A stretch of 64,000 nucleotides of DNA from Paludibacter sp. UBA6032 (GTDB lineage Bacteria; Bacteroidota; Bacteroidia; Bacteroidales; Paludibacteraceae): assembly GCA_002427885.1 (NCBI GenBank), contig DIZI01000009.1, forward strand, positions 52,855 through 116,854. Reading direction: 5' to 3'. Within the stretch, counting starts at the first letter, position 1. Every line of letters starts with the position of its first letter. The notes beneath the pieces were generated by a model, which did not search any database, was not told the DNA's origin, and was given only the letters and a program-made list of their open reading frames with translations. This document shows positions 30,997 through 41,637 of this stretch, in pieces. A program made the position numbers and the translations under genes.

Positions 30997-32157
30997 TCAA
31001 TAACTCATTTCCACGATTTTGGCTGCATCGGCAGGAGCTAGTTTTTGATGTTCACCTAAGCCCATCCAACCACGATCGGTAAAGCGTTTCGAAACAATTT
31101 CGGCTGTTCCTGCAAACTCAGCAGTATATTCCGAAAGTTTGGTTTTAATCCCCACCGAATGGAAAAATTCTTCTGTCTTATCAATTCCGGCTTTTGCTTT
31201 TTCTTCGATGGTTCCGTTGGTAACGCCCCAAACACGTTCTGCATATTGAGCTAACTTTTCTTTTTTAGTTTCAATATTATAACGGTAATGACTTGGAGCA
31301 ATGATAGCCAATGTTCTGGCATGGTCAATTCCAAACATGGCTGTCAGTTCATGTCCCATCATATGTACTGCCCAATCGCCGGGAACACCTTCTCCGATTA
31401 ATCCGTTCAAGGCCATGGTGCAACTCCACATAAAATTGGAAGCTGCATTATAATCCGAAGGATTTTTTAAAATGGCAGGTGCTATTTCCACCAAGGTTTG
31501 AAGAATGCTTTCGGCAAAACGATCCTGCAACAATCCATTGGCCGGATAGGTCATATATTGTTCCATCACATGCGTAAATGCATCCACCAATCCGTTTGCA
31601 ATTTGGATTTGCGGAATGGAACTTATCACTTGCGGATCGAGGATTGAGAACAAAGGGAATAAAGCCGGACCCCCGGATGCTAGTTTTTCTTTTGTTTCCT
31701 TACGGGTTATTACATATCCCGAATTCATTTCCGAACCGGTTGCCGGTAAGGTTAATATGGTACCAAAAGGCATCCCTTTCAGCGATGGTTTTCCGGAAGT
31801 AAGTAAATCCCAGGGAGTTTCACCTTCGTATTCAGTGGCTGCCGACAAAAATTTAGTTCCATCAATGACTGAACCGCCTCCAACTGCCAGCAGGAAGGTT
31901 ATTTTCTCCGATTTAATCACTTTCAATGCTTCCATAAGAACTGCATATTCAGGATTTGCAGGAATTCCTCCGAATTCAACCACATCAAACGATGAAAGTG
32001 CTTTCTTTACCTGTTCGTAAACACCATTCGATTTGATACTTCCACCTCCGTAAAGTAAAAGTATTTTGGCATTAGCAGGAATCTCTTTGGAGAGATTTGC
32101 AATTTTACCTTTTCCGAAAATAATCTTAGTCGGATTTTTAAACTCAAAATTGTTCAT
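30997..32157 (-). CDS. Iron-containing NADPH-dependent alcohol dehydrogenase (YqhD-like)
   Basis: YGGGSIK, AVGGGSVID, ATGSEMN, DAFTH..EQY, H..GHE, DHA. Confidence 0.92.
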   Translation of the reverse strand: MNNFEFKNPTKIIFGKGKIANLSKEIPANAKILLLYGGGSIKSNGVYEQVKKALSSFDVVEFGGIPANPEYAVLMEALKVIKSEKITFLLAVGGGSVIDGTKFLSAATEYEGETPWDLLTSGKPSLKGMPFGTILTLPATGSEMNSGYVITRKETKEKLASGGPALFPLFSILDPQVISSIPQIQIANGLVDAFTHVMEQYMTYPANGLLQDRFAESILQTLVEIAPAILKNPSDYNAASNFMWSCTMALNGLIGEGVPGDWAVHMMGHELTAMFGIDHARTLAIIAPSHYRYNIETKKEKLAQYAERVWGVTNGTIEEKAKAGIDKTEEFFHSVGIKTKLSEYTAEFAGTAEIVSKRFTDRGWMGLGEHQKLAPADAAKIVEMSY

Positions 32158-32184
32158 TAGTTTTTCTTTTAAATAGTTGTTTCA

Positions 32185-33180
32185 TTATATTTTTACAATC
32201 ATTTTCCCATTATTTTTTCCTTCGAAAAGATCGATAAAGGCCTGTGGAATCTGATCAAATCCTTCCACTATTGTCTCGGCATAAGTCAGTTTTCCTTCCT
32301 TTAACCAGTTGGCTAACTGCCCCATAGCGACAGGAAATTTGGGAGCATAGTTTCCGATGGTAAATCCCTGCATCAGGGCACTGTTTTTTACTAAAACGGT
32401 TTCCACTCTGGGACCCATTGGAACCGAAATTTCGTTATAAACCGAAATAGATCCGCATACTATGATTCTGGCAAACTTATTAATATTCGCCAAAACCCCA
32501 TCGGTGATGTCACCTCCCACGTTATCAAAATACAGGTCCACGCCATTGGGACATAATTCTGCAATGGCATCCTTCATGTTTTTGGTGGTTTTGTAGTTGA
32601 TACCTTCGTCAAAGCCAAATTTCGATTTTAGCATTTCTACTTTTTCATCCGTTCCGGCAATTCCAATAACCCGACAACCCAGAATTTTTCCGATTTGTCC
32701 GACAATACTTCCAACGGCACCTGCTGCCCCAGAAACAACCAGTGTCTCTCCTTTTTGAGGTTTCCCGATTTCGGTTAATCCCAGATAGGCTGTCATTCCC
32801 GTCATTCCAAGAACTCCCAAATAAGCTGATAAAGGTGCTTTAGAAGGATCAACTTTCAGTAAACCTTTACCATCGGACTTTTGGAATTCTTTCCATTCGA
32901 GCATACCGGAGACAAAGTCGCCTTTGTTGAAGCCTTCTAAGTTCGATTCCATTACTTCGGCCACCATTCCGGAGTTTATCGGTTGTTGTAACTGAAACGG
33001 TGGTACATACGACTTTGCATCGATCATTCTTCCCCGTAAATACGGATCTACAGAAACATAGGTCGTTTTTAAAAGGATTTCGCCGTTACCTGGTAGAGGT
33101 TTTTCTCCGTCAATAAATTTAAAATCCGAAAGCTGAGGTCTGCCTACCGGTCTTTTGTCTAATATAATTGTTTTATTCAT
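32185..33180 (-). CDS. NADP-dependent alkenal reductase (CurA/PTGR family)
   Basis: SVDPYLRGRM, GMTGMTAY, SGAAGAVGS, FDNVGG. Confidence 0.92.
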   Translation of the reverse strand: MNKTIILDKRPVGRPQLSDFKFIDGEKPLPGNGEILLKTTYVSVDPYLRGRMIDAKSYVPPFQLQQPINSGMVAEVMESNLEGFNKGDFVSGMLEWKEFQKSDGKGLLKVDPSKAPLSAYLGVLGMTGMTAYLGLTEIGKPQKGETLVVSGAAGAVGSIVGQIGKILGCRVIGIAGTDEKVEMLKSKFGFDEGINYKTTKNMKDAIAELCPNGVDLYFDNVGGDITDGVLANINKFARIIVCGSISVYNEISVPMGPRVETVLVKNSALMQGFTIGNYAPKFPVAMGQLANWLKEGKLTYAETIVEGFDQIPQAFIDLFEGKNNGKMIVKI

Positions 33181-33227
33181 TTTATTTATTTTGTTGCAAA
33201 TTGAAATTTCAACTGTAATATTTTTAT

Positions 33228-33677
33228 TTAAGCCCGAATTTTATCCAAGAGTCTGTTTAATTCCAAAACCTCTTCATTGGTAAGATTCTTTAAAAGTGTA
33301 TCTGCTTTATTTTCACAATCATACATCCCAGATAATAGAGCTAATCCTTTTTCGGTAATTTCCACATCTTTTTGCCTTCTGTCTGTTGGATTTTCTTTCC
33401 GGTCGATATATCCTTTTTCGTAGAGCTTATCCACTATCCGGCTGACATCTGAATTCTTGTCAAGCATGCGCTCTTTTAAAAAACCGATTGAAGAAGGACA
33501 TTCACAATGAAAACCACGCAGAACCTTCAAAATATTATATTGAGGTTCAGTTAATCCGTGTTTTTTCAATGACTGCAAAAAAGTATAACTCAAATGTTTT
33601 ACAGTAAACATTAGATTTATTAATGCTTTGTGATAGTCATTTGTGAAGCGTCTTTTTATTTCATCTTCAATTTTCAT
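33228..33677 (-). CDS. MarR-family regulator
   Basis: QYNILKVLRG, RM.D..SDVSRIVDKL, DRR. Confidence 0.9.
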   Translation of the reverse strand: MKIEDEIKRRFTNDYHKALINLMFTVKHLSYTFLQSLKKHGLTEPQYNILKVLRGFHCECPSSIGFLKERMLDKNSDVSRIVDKLYEKGYIDRKENPTDRRQKDVEITEKGLALLSGMYDCENKADTLLKNLTNEEVLELNRLLDKIRA

Positions 33678-33683
33678 TGGTTG

Positions 33684-34034
33684 TTATGACTTTAAAAGTT
33701 CCGGATTTCTAAGAAAACCTGTAATCCATACCAAAATAAGAACTACTGATGGCGTTATAATGCTCATTCCACCTGTCATGTGAATAATGATGGCTCCACC
33801 CATATAAGAACTCAATAACAGTAAACCTATTTTATTCGTTTTAGGAATTAAAAATAACAATGCTGAAATAATTTCTCCAATTGGTATGATAAAGCGCCAA
33901 TCACCTAATTTCATTTGTTCCATTTGTTCCGGATGTAAAAATTTCGCGCTGGCACTGAATAAAAATAAGGCTGCTAATAAGCCTGAAATCACCCAGGCAA
34001 TTATTTTACTTGTTTTATTGATTTCTGTTGTCAT
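33684..34034 (-). CDS. DoxX-family membrane protein
   Basis: FSASAK, P.T..IG.LL..YMGGAI..H. Confidence 0.85.
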   Translation of the reverse strand: MTTEINKTSKIIAWVISGLLAALFLFSASAKFLHPEQMEQMKLGDWRFIIPIGEIISALLFLIPKTNKIGLLLLSSYMGGAIIIHMTGGMSIITPSVVLILVWITGFLRNPELLKS

Positions 34035-34074
34035 AATTTAACTGGTTTTTACTTGTAATTCATTATTGTTTGAT

Positions 34075-34662
34075 TTATTTGTCCCCCAGTAATCTGATGA
34101 CTGAAGCTTTACCCTTATGAAGCTGACCTTCATTTAATTCTGTTTCGGTTTTAGTAATCTGTTTCTCTTTCAAATCATTAAAATCGCGAGTCAGTTCTTC
34201 TTCCGAAAAAAGCATCTCTAAATTACGTGGTCCGCCGGAATTATTCACCAGTTGTTCTTTCGAAAATCCTTCCAGAATAATCACTCCACCCGGTTTCAGC
34301 AATCGGAGTAGTTTTTGATGATTCTCTTCCCTGTTCATTGTATGTACATAAATCAGAACGATAGCATCAAAACTATTTTCTTCAAATTCAAACTCTTCAA
34401 TGGAAGCTGTCTGATAATTCAACCTGACATTGTTCTTTTCAGCTAATTTCTCAGCTTTCTTTTTTGCCTCTTCACTACTATCAAATGCAACCACATCCCA
34501 ACCTTTTATTGCTGCATAAACGGCATTCCGTCCTTCGCCTTCCGCCGGAAAAAGTATTTTGCCGGGTTGAAGTTTCGATAGTTCTTCTTTGTAAAATTCA
34601 TTCGGATTTACTCCATACACATACTCTTCCTGTGCATAGCGTTGATTCCATATATTTTCCAT
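34075..34662 (-). CDS. Class I SAM-dependent methyltransferase
   Basis: W..RY...Y.YG..PN, AEGEGRNAV, LKPGG. Confidence 0.9.
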   Translation of the reverse strand: MENIWNQRYAQEEYVYGVNPNEFYKEELSKLQPGKILFPAEGEGRNAVYAAIKGWDVVAFDSSEEAKKKAEKLAEKNNVRLNYQTASIEEFEFEENSFDAIVLIYVHTMNREENHQKLLRLLKPGGVIILEGFSKEQLVNNSGGPRNLEMLFSEEELTRDFNDLKEKQITKTETELNEGQLHKGKASVIRLLGDK

Positions 34663-34892
34663 TACTTCTCATTTATTTTGCGTTCCAACTCATCCAAACG
34701 ATCATTCGCATCATGTACCATCAGTACAAAACGCACAAAGGGTGCACCCAATAAAAATAAGGCTGTTGATGTGATAAGTCCTAACCATTCAAAATGGATA
34801 ATATTGGCAACAATACCCACTAAACCTAATAATGTGGCAATTACTCCTCCCGGAACACCCAGCGGGCATCTTAATTTTTTCTTTTCCTGCAT
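34662..34892 (-). CDS. Small 2-TM membrane protein
   Basis: CPLGVPGG followed by two hydrophobic helices; overlaps the methyltransferase start. Confidence 0.7.
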   Translation of the reverse strand: MQEKKKLRCPLGVPGGVIATLLGLVGIVANIIHFEWLGLITSTALFLLGAPFVRFVLMVHDANDRLDELERKINEK

Positions 34893-34894
34893 TT

Positions 34895-35164
34895 CTAATA
34901 TGTTTTTAGTTTATTCAATAATTCTTGTTTTGTTGGAACTGATTTAAATACAATCTCATTGTTTATCAAAAGTACAGGTACGGTATGAATACCTAATTTC
35001 ATTGTTTTAAACATGCCCATGGGCGAATTTGCCATAGACTTTTTGAATTGAAACCGATCATTAAACTGAGGTAATACTTCATCAAGCAGCCGTTGTAAAA
35101 TTTTACAATTCGGACAACTCAATGTATAATACATCTCAATCGGAATGGGTTTTGAACTATTCAT
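34895..35164 (-). CDS. Thioredoxin/glutaredoxin-like protein
   Basis: CPNC and cis-Pro motif TVP. Confidence 0.85.
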   Translation of the reverse strand: MNSSKPIPIEMYYTLSCPNCKILQRLLDEVLPQFNDRFQFKKSMANSPMGMFKTMKLGIHTVPVLLINNEIVFKSVPTKQELLNKLKTY

Positions 35165-35224
35165 GCTTTATTTGTTTTAGTAATTTTCAGACAATGCCCG
35201 TATTTGAACTATACTCAAAAAATT

Positions 35225-35258
35225 ATATGCGTAATAACGTTATGTGTTACAACATATA
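35225..35258. promoter_or_regulatory. Possible MarR operator
   Basis: Imperfect palindrome tatgtgttacaacata upstream of the MarR-containing operon; inference only. Confidence 0.35.
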
Positions 35259-35267
35259 TTTTAAAAG

Positions 35268-35298
35268 AATGTTCAGCTCTGAATAAGAACCGAACATT
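35268..35298 (-). terminator. Hairpin downstream of ada
   Basis: aatgttcagctct...agaaccgaacatt. Confidence 0.45.
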
Positions 35299-35395
35299 TA
35301 AATATTGTATCATCATCCGGAATATAACTGGAATAAAATGATAATGAGTACTATGAACTGTTGGAATGAATCAAAAAAACTTCAGAAAAAAATCA

Positions 35396-36433
35396 TTAAT
35401 GTTTTTTTTGTTCCAGGTCAAGCAACCATTTCTTTCTCCACAATCCGCCTCCGTAACCGGTAAGGCTTCCATCCATTCCAATGACTCTGTGACAGGGAAT
35501 CAAAATAGAAATTCTGTTCATCCCGTTAGCATTGGCTACCGCGCGTACAGCTTCCGGTCTTTTTAAAGCAGTTGCCTGTTCTTTGTAGGAACGGGTTGTT
35601 CCGTAAGGGATGTTTTGCAGTTCTTTCCATACCGCTTGCTGAAATTCCGAACCGGGAGTAAATAGCTGCACACTGAATTCTTTCCGCTTTCCTTCAAAAT
35701 ATTCATTTAGTTGCAATTCCAACATATCAAAATGCTTATTGGCACCTAAAATGATATCCGCGTTTAATCTTTTGGCTAGCGATTTTAATTCCGTTTCCAG
35801 CATTTTACGGTCTGTAAACTCCAAAAGGCAAATCCCTTCATCCACCGCACCGGCATACATTGTTCCCAAAGGCGTTTCAATCCTCTTTATATTGATTATA
35901 TGTCTTCCTTTACTGTTTGATGGCGATACACCAAAAACGGACTTAAAGGAGTCATTAAATCCACTCAATGATTCAAATCCTGAGTCGAATGCTACTGATG
36001 TTACCGATTCCCCTTGTTGTATTTTTTTAAAAGCAGTGTTAATTCGATACATACGTTGGTAGGCATGAAAGGTGATACCATGATTTTTGAGAAACCAACG
36101 CCTGATTTTACTGGGTTCAATTCCTTTCTGAACCAAATTCCAATCTTTGAATTTCAGGGATGGATCTGCATTCAGTTCATTCAGAATGTCTTTGATATAA
36201 TCGGGAGTTTCATCCGGTTTAACCAGCGGATTACATATTTTACACGGTCTGTATCCTTTCAGAATAGCTTCCTTCACAGTGGCGAAAAATTCTACATTTT
36301 CCTCTTTGGGTTTTCGGGCGGTGCAGGTAGGCCGGCAAAATATACCGGTAGTTTTCACAGCTGCAAAGAATATACCTTCGTAGGATACATCTTTGTCAAC
36401 AAGTGCCTTATACATTATTTTATCTGTCAACAT
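35396..36433 (-). CDS. ada: Bifunctional Ada regulator / O6-methylguanine-DNA methyltransferase
   Basis: TTGIFCRPTC..RPCKIC Zn site, AraC HTH, PCHRV. Confidence 0.95.
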   Translation of the reverse strand: MLTDKIMYKALVDKDVSYEGIFFAAVKTTGIFCRPTCTARKPKEENVEFFATVKEAILKGYRPCKICNPLVKPDETPDYIKDILNELNADPSLKFKDWNLVQKGIEPSKIRRWFLKNHGITFHAYQRMYRINTAFKKIQQGESVTSVAFDSGFESLSGFNDSFKSVFGVSPSNSKGRHIINIKRIETPLGTMYAGAVDEGICLLEFTDRKMLETELKSLAKRLNADIILGANKHFDMLELQLNEYFEGKRKEFSVQLFTPGSEFQQAVWKELQNIPYGTTRSYKEQATALKRPEAVRAVANANGMNRISILIPCHRVIGMDGSLTGYGGGLWRKKWLLDLEQKKH

Positions 36434-36495
36434 AGTTTTTTATGGCAAAATTAGTTTATCGGAAAAAACCATGCAACCGAAAAATTGACAAGTAT

Positions 36496-37251
36496 TTATT
36501 CTTTCACTGATTTCCAATCTTTCATGGAAGCTTTGTAATCAGAGCTGACACCCGTATGCCCGGTGAAAATATATTCAGCCTGTGGAAGGCCGGCTATTTT
36601 TGCCAAAGATTGAATGGATGTTTTCATGTCTTTCGTGAAATATTCATTTGGTTTATCTATTTTGCCATTTATTAAACTAAATGCATCTCCTACAAACAAA
36701 AACTTATTATTTATCAAATAACTCATCGATCCGGGTGTATGACCCGGAGTCAGTATTCCTTTAATACTCAGATTTCCAATTTGAATGGTTTGCTGATCAT
36801 TTAACAGCGTATATTCACTTGCATCTATCTTGTTGTGCGAATTCAACAGTCTGGTTGTCTTTCCGTTTATCATTTGCTCCTCATTTGTTGAAAGATAAAC
36901 ACGGGCATTTTTAAATAATTTCAAAGCTGCAACATGATCTCTGTCGGTATGAGTCAATAATACTGCTACCACTTTATCAGGGTCAATTGAAAGTATTTTC
37001 AGTTCATTTTCAATTGTTTTAATATCATTTCCGGCATCAATGGCAACATAGTTATTGCTGTCTTTTACCAGATACATATTGACATATGAATCTTTGATGG
37101 CAAAAATATTGTGCACAACTTCTTTGGTATCAACCACATTTATTTTTTTTGTTTCCGATTTCATTTTTAGCATAAAACCTCCCATTATCAAAGCGACAAT
37201 AACTATGAGAATACCAATTCCCCACAAAGTCCATTTGAGTGCCTTGTTCAT
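36496..37251 (-). CDS. MBL-fold metallo-hydrolase
   Basis: THTDRDH, PGHTPGS, GD, GH. Confidence 0.9.
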   Translation of the reverse strand: MNKALKWTLWGIGILIVIVALIMGGFMLKMKSETKKINVVDTKEVVHNIFAIKDSYVNMYLVKDSNNYVAIDAGNDIKTIENELKILSIDPDKVVAVLLTHTDRDHVAALKLFKNARVYLSTNEEQMINGKTTRLLNSHNKIDASEYTLLNDQQTIQIGNLSIKGILTPGHTPGSMSYLINNKFLFVGDAFSLINGKIDKPNEYFTKDMKTSIQSLAKIAGLPQAEYIFTGHTGVSSDYKASMKDWKSVKE

Positions 37252-37320
37252 ATCCGGTGAATTTTGAGTGAATGATTTGATTTTGATCGTTTGATTGAAT
37301 AAAAATAAAACAAATCCGGC

Positions 37321-38328
37321 TTAAACTTGTTTTACTGTTTTGCTTTTTAACTTTAAATTAACAGGCAAAAACCGGGGTACATTTTGTTTATAGCTCATAT
37401 ATTCAGGATATTTATCCATGCTAATGCTTTCGGTAAAGCCCGAACTGCCTGCAAATAAAAGAATCAACAGGAAAGGTCCGCTTAATGTCCAGTTGATCCA
37501 AAAACCGGATGCAGCTACTCCGAAAAAATAGAAAGCAACCCAGGTAGCCTGTTCTGCTGCAAAATTAGGATGACGGACATATTTCCAAAATCCTTCCGTC
37601 ATAAATCCTTTATTCAATGATTCGTTGAATTGACCGTTAACCGGAATCTTATGTTGCTTTTGCAGATGAAAATTATACAGTTGATTATCGGCAACAGTCT
37701 CGATAAGAATGAAAAGAAACATGAAAGAAGCTGCCAGATAATCCAACCCAGTCAGGCTGACATCAGCATATTCAGCTGCCAACAGGAGAGGAGTGGAGAA
37801 AAGAAAAATGAGTACCTGCTGATAAATTGAAATGAAGAACAAATTAAATAAACTTATGCGAATTCCTTTTTTAAGAATCGGATGTTGTCGCAATATCCCC
37901 CAACGATAATCTTCTTCGCCCTTCCAGGGAATAATGTTATATCCTCCTTTCCGATAGAAGTTATAGCTCAACCGGAGTCCCCATGCCGTAACCAAAACAG
38001 TCATTAGCCAAAGGCGCGGCGAAAAAGGAAAGGCCGATAAAGTAATCCAACTGTAGGCAATTGGCATAAGACTCCATACTTTATCCACCTGACTGTAATT
38101 GCGGGTCAATTCTCCGACAACAAAACAAACAATGACCGTTATAAACAATACTGTTATCCAGGATTGGACAAGATGAACAAAAACGGGTTCGGCATTATCG
38201 ACTGATATCCAACTATCTAAGAAAGAATTTTGTAAAAGTAAATTCATTATTAAAATGATTAGAGTTAGAGATAAAATTAAAATTTTACAATAAACAACAA
38301 AAACAGGATAGAAGTTTACACCCATCAA
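37321..38328 (-). CDS. DUF1295 (steroid 5-alpha-reductase-like) membrane protein; start may be ~38247
   Basis: NYSQVD..WS, EDYRW, AD.Q, RHPNFAAE. Confidence 0.88.
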   Translation of the reverse strand: MMGVNFYPVFVVYCKILILSLTLIILIMNLLLQNSFLDSWISVDNAEPVFVHLVQSWITVLFITVIVCFVVGELTRNYSQVDKVWSLMPIAYSWITLSAFPFSPRLWLMTVLVTAWGLRLSYNFYRKGGYNIIPWKGEEDYRWGILRQHPILKKGIRISLFNLFFISIYQQVLIFLFSTPLLLAAEYADVSLTGLDYLAASFMFLFILIETVADNQLYNFHLQKQHKIPVNGQFNESLNKGFMTEGFWKYVRHPNFAAEQATWVAFYFFGVAASGFWINWTLSGPFLLILLFAGSSGFTESISMDKYPEYMSYKQNVPRFLPVNLKLKSKTVKQV

Positions 38329-38332
38329 TAAA

Positions 38333-38881
38333 TCAAAAAATAAAGGGGATAAACATTTTCGTATGCTTCATGTAGTCGCTGTATTTATCACCAAAGTAAT
38401 TGATGCACTCCTTTTCGTCATATCTTGATGTGTAATAAAGCAATATGGTTGAAATAAGGGAAATGACAGATAAAACAAGGGTTGGATTCTTTAGGAAAAT
38501 AGCCCAGGTCAAAAAGATTAAGGACGCATACAAGGGATGACGCGTGTGTTTAAAAACACCGCTATCAATTAATTCCGTTGTTTTTTCAAATCCAAAGAGG
38601 TTCTTTTCGTCGCGTTCATGACTCGGTTGTCCGATTCTCTTTATCAACAGGATGCCGGCAATTGCAAGATAGGCTGAATATAGTAACAATATCCACGAAA
38701 TGATTTGATTTATACTGAATGGATTGACAAACCAAAAGTGGTAATTTACAGCAAAAAGCCAGGCCATACATTCCCACGCAAAAAAACGATAGAAACCATG
38801 TGTTTTTACATTAAACACTGTCCGCCACGAAATAATAATGATAAGTAAACTCAAAACTCCAAAAACGATAAATGTCTTCAT
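38333..38881 (-). CDS. ICMT/PEMT-family membrane methyltransferase
   Basis: G.F...RHPLY, E......FG..Y..Y......FIP. Confidence 0.85.
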   Translation of the reverse strand: MKTFIVFGVLSLLIIIISWRTVFNVKTHGFYRFFAWECMAWLFAVNYHFWFVNPFSINQIISWILLLYSAYLAIAGILLIKRIGQPSHERDEKNLFGFEKTTELIDSGVFKHTRHPLYASLIFLTWAIFLKNPTLVLSVISLISTILLYYTSRYDEKECINYFGDKYSDYMKHTKMFIPFIF

Positions 38882-38929
38882 ATCTCTTTCTATTTAAGTA
38901 TTAAAATATAAGTAATTGGAAGTAGTTAT

Positions 38930-39085
38930 GGGCTGTAAACCCCAAATATTCAATAGAACCCTTTAAGGGCGATACAATATATTACGCCCTTACAGGGCTT
39001 AAAATAATTAGGTCTATCATTTACCCGGTCCCGATAGCTATCGGGAGTTGCTCCGGGCTATGATATATAAGGCTTTCAGCCTTTT
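38930..39085. repeat. REP-like palindrome cluster containing a CCCGATAGCTATCGGG insert
   Basis: Hairpins ccctttaaggg, gcccttacagggc, acccgg[...]ccgggct and aggctttcagcct. Confidence 0.6.
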
Positions 39086-39142
39086 AAAATATGAATCGGA
39101 TGACTATGCTACTTCAGAGAAGATTCCCCTTTCTCTATCTTA

Positions 39143-39180
39143 TTATGAATTATAAATTATGAATTATGAATTAAAAATTA
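39143..39180. repeat. 7-bp tandem repeat (ttatgaa)n
   Basis: ttatgaa ttataaa ttatgaa ttatgaa ttaaaaa. Confidence 0.6.
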
Positions 39181-39186
39181 TACATC

Positions 39187-41637
39187 TTACTTCTTTCCAC
39201 TCCGTAACCAGGCCATAAACATTTTCACTTCGGTATAAGTCAGAAACGCACTCAGCATTTCAAAAAAAGAACCTGTTTCGGTGCCGCTACGAATTAAATC
39301 TGCAGCTTTTTCGCGTTTTTCGGGAGAAATAAACTCATTGATATCCAATTCTCCTGAAATTACATACCTTTCAAGATGTGTGATAATGGTGGTTTTACTT
39401 AAATTCCGGGTAAAGGCAATTTCATCGATTGTTTTACCATCGTTGTACATGGCCAGCGACATACGCATGGTTTCACCCACCGGTTTTTTCTCCTTTTTTG
39501 CTTTTCCCTTTTCTTTTTCGTGCATCAACGATTCCAGCTTATTTTCTTTGCAATAAGCCACGATTACATTCAAAAACTCTTTGCCGTATTTCTCCACTTT
39601 AGCGGGTCCGAAACCACTGATCTCCAACAATTCCTTTTCATTCTGTGGCAGATAATCCGACATTTCGTTCAGTGTTTTACTTCCTGCTACCAGGTAGATC
39701 GGTAAGTCATTTGGTTCACAAAGTTTGTTGCGAAGAATCAGCAATTCGTAATACAACTTCGGTTGTCGCGTGGTCAATGGTTTATTTGAACTTGTTTTGG
39801 CATAAGCATTTACACTAAAATCAGGAAGGATAAACGAGTTCTTCAGCAGAAAGAAATCTTCCACTCCGAATTTGTTCTTTAAACTCTTCATCAGGAAGCT
39901 TTTCTGAGCTACGTTCGAGAAAATCATTCGTATCACATCATTATAATCCGAAGCGTTTTGTCTGCTGTCCGTGGTTGCGGGCGATTGACGCAACGTTTCC
40001 ATAAGATGATTCATTTTTACATTGAAAAAATCACTGGCTGCCGAAATCCTTTCCTGTAAATGTTCTTCCGAAACAGGACTGTTTTCCAGAATACCCTGTA
40101 ATTGATGTTGAAATTTGGTTGCTACTTCCTGTAAGGCCTGAGTTTGTCGAAGCACATCATTCAAAAAGGGCAGGGTTTCTTCATTAAATGAACTCTGAAC
40201 TTCTGTTGTTTCCTTTATCAACCTTGAAACCTGTCCCACGGCACTTTTAAAATCGAAGAGCTGCATCAGGATAAAGTTACGATATAGATTTCGTGATACA
40301 TCCAGTTGTATTTCAAGATCTTCAATAGGTAATTTGTTTCGTTCGTGTTCCACTATCTGACGATCATTCTGTATGCTGTTGGGATTGATTTTGCTCAACA
40401 GCACCAATCCTTCCAGGGAACGGCAACGGCTCAATGCAACATAAACCTGTCCGGCAGCAAAAGCCGCTCCGGCATCGATGACTGCTTTATCGAAAGTTAA
40501 TCCCTGGCTTTTGTGTATGGTAATGGCCCACGCCAATCGTAGGGGAAACTGAATAAACCTGCCCAGTTCTTCTTCTTCTATTTGTTTGGTTGTTTGATTG
40601 GTAGAGTAACGTATATTTTCCCATACCGCCTTGCTTAATTCAATGGATTCATCATCGTCCGGGCACTTAATAGTGATCGAATCATCATCAACACTTTCCA
40701 CCATGCCGATTTTCCCGTTAAAGAATCGTCGGGGTGTTTCAGTATCGTTTTTCAAAAACATCACCTTAGCACCTATTTTCAACAGCAGTTCCTTTTCAGT
40801 AGGATAACTCTTTTCGGGATATTCGCCCTGAATTTCAGCCTCGAAGGTATAGGTTCTTCCTTTTACCTTCGCCAGTTCTTCGGCATTGATCTGATCGGCT
40901 TTGTAGTTATGTGTGGTAAGGGTAATATAGGTATCGTCGCGTGGTGGTACAAAGAGTGGATTGTAGCGGCTTTGCAACAAAGTCAGTCCTTCATTGGAAA
41001 GACAATTATTCCTGACCTCATTCAGCAAGCGGATAAAATCTGCATTCGTCTGACGGAATATCTTATCCAGTTCGATATAAACAGGTTGTTGTTGCAAAAT
41101 AGCCTGACTGTGGAAAAAATACGGGCTGGAATAATACTGCGACAACAAACGCCATTCATCATCCGTTGCTACCGGCGAGAGTTGAAACATATCACCGATA
41201 AATATGACCTGAACGCCTCCGAAAGGTTCATTGTTCCGGTAACGTACATGTCTTAAGATTGTATCTACCGCATCAAGAACATCGGCACGTACCATACTTA
41301 TCTCGTCAATCACCAGCAATTCAAGTTCCTGCAACACCTTGCGTCTGTTGCCCTGCATTTTCATTTTTTCTATCAGATTTCTCCTTCCTTCAACGGTTGG
41401 GATAAAAGGATTGAAAGGCAACTGGAAAAAAGAATGCATGGTTGTTCCTCCGGCATTTATCGCTGCCACTCCGGTTGGAGCAACAATGGCTATTTGTTTT
41501 TTGGTTTCTTTTTTCAATTTGCGCAGAAAAGTGGTTTTTCCGGTTCCTGCTTTACCGGTCAGGAAAACAGACCGGTTTGTAAACAAAGCAAAATCGTGTG
41601 CAAGTTGATAGTAAGCTGAAGGAGATTCCATTTCCAT
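39187..41637 (-). CDS. PIF1/RecD-like helicase with HRDC and C-terminal HTH
   Basis: GKAGTGKT, DEISM, FGG.Q...GD..QL, TIHKSQG, YVALSR; HRDC G.GP.K...YG. Confidence 0.92.
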   Translation of the reverse strand: MEMESPSAYYQLAHDFALFTNRSVFLTGKAGTGKTTFLRKLKKETKKQIAIVAPTGVAAINAGGTTMHSFFQLPFNPFIPTVEGRRNLIEKMKMQGNRRKVLQELELLVIDEISMVRADVLDAVDTILRHVRYRNNEPFGGVQVIFIGDMFQLSPVATDDEWRLLSQYYSSPYFFHSQAILQQQPVYIELDKIFRQTNADFIRLLNEVRNNCLSNEGLTLLQSRYNPLFVPPRDDTYITLTTHNYKADQINAEELAKVKGRTYTFEAEIQGEYPEKSYPTEKELLLKIGAKVMFLKNDTETPRRFFNGKIGMVESVDDDSITIKCPDDDESIELSKAVWENIRYSTNQTTKQIEEEELGRFIQFPLRLAWAITIHKSQGLTFDKAVIDAGAAFAAGQVYVALSRCRSLEGLVLLSKINPNSIQNDRQIVEHERNKLPIEDLEIQLDVSRNLYRNFILMQLFDFKSAVGQVSRLIKETTEVQSSFNEETLPFLNDVLRQTQALQEVATKFQHQLQGILENSPVSEEHLQERISAASDFFNVKMNHLMETLRQSPATTDSRQNASDYNDVIRMIFSNVAQKSFLMKSLKNKFGVEDFFLLKNSFILPDFSVNAYAKTSSNKPLTTRQPKLYYELLILRNKLCEPNDLPIYLVAGSKTLNEMSDYLPQNEKELLEISGFGPAKVEKYGKEFLNVIVAYCKENKLESLMHEKEKGKAKKEKKPVGETMRMSLAMYNDGKTIDEIAFTRNLSKTTIITHLERYVISGELDINEFISPEKREKAADLIRSGTETGSFFEMLSAFLTYTEVKMFMAWLRSGKK

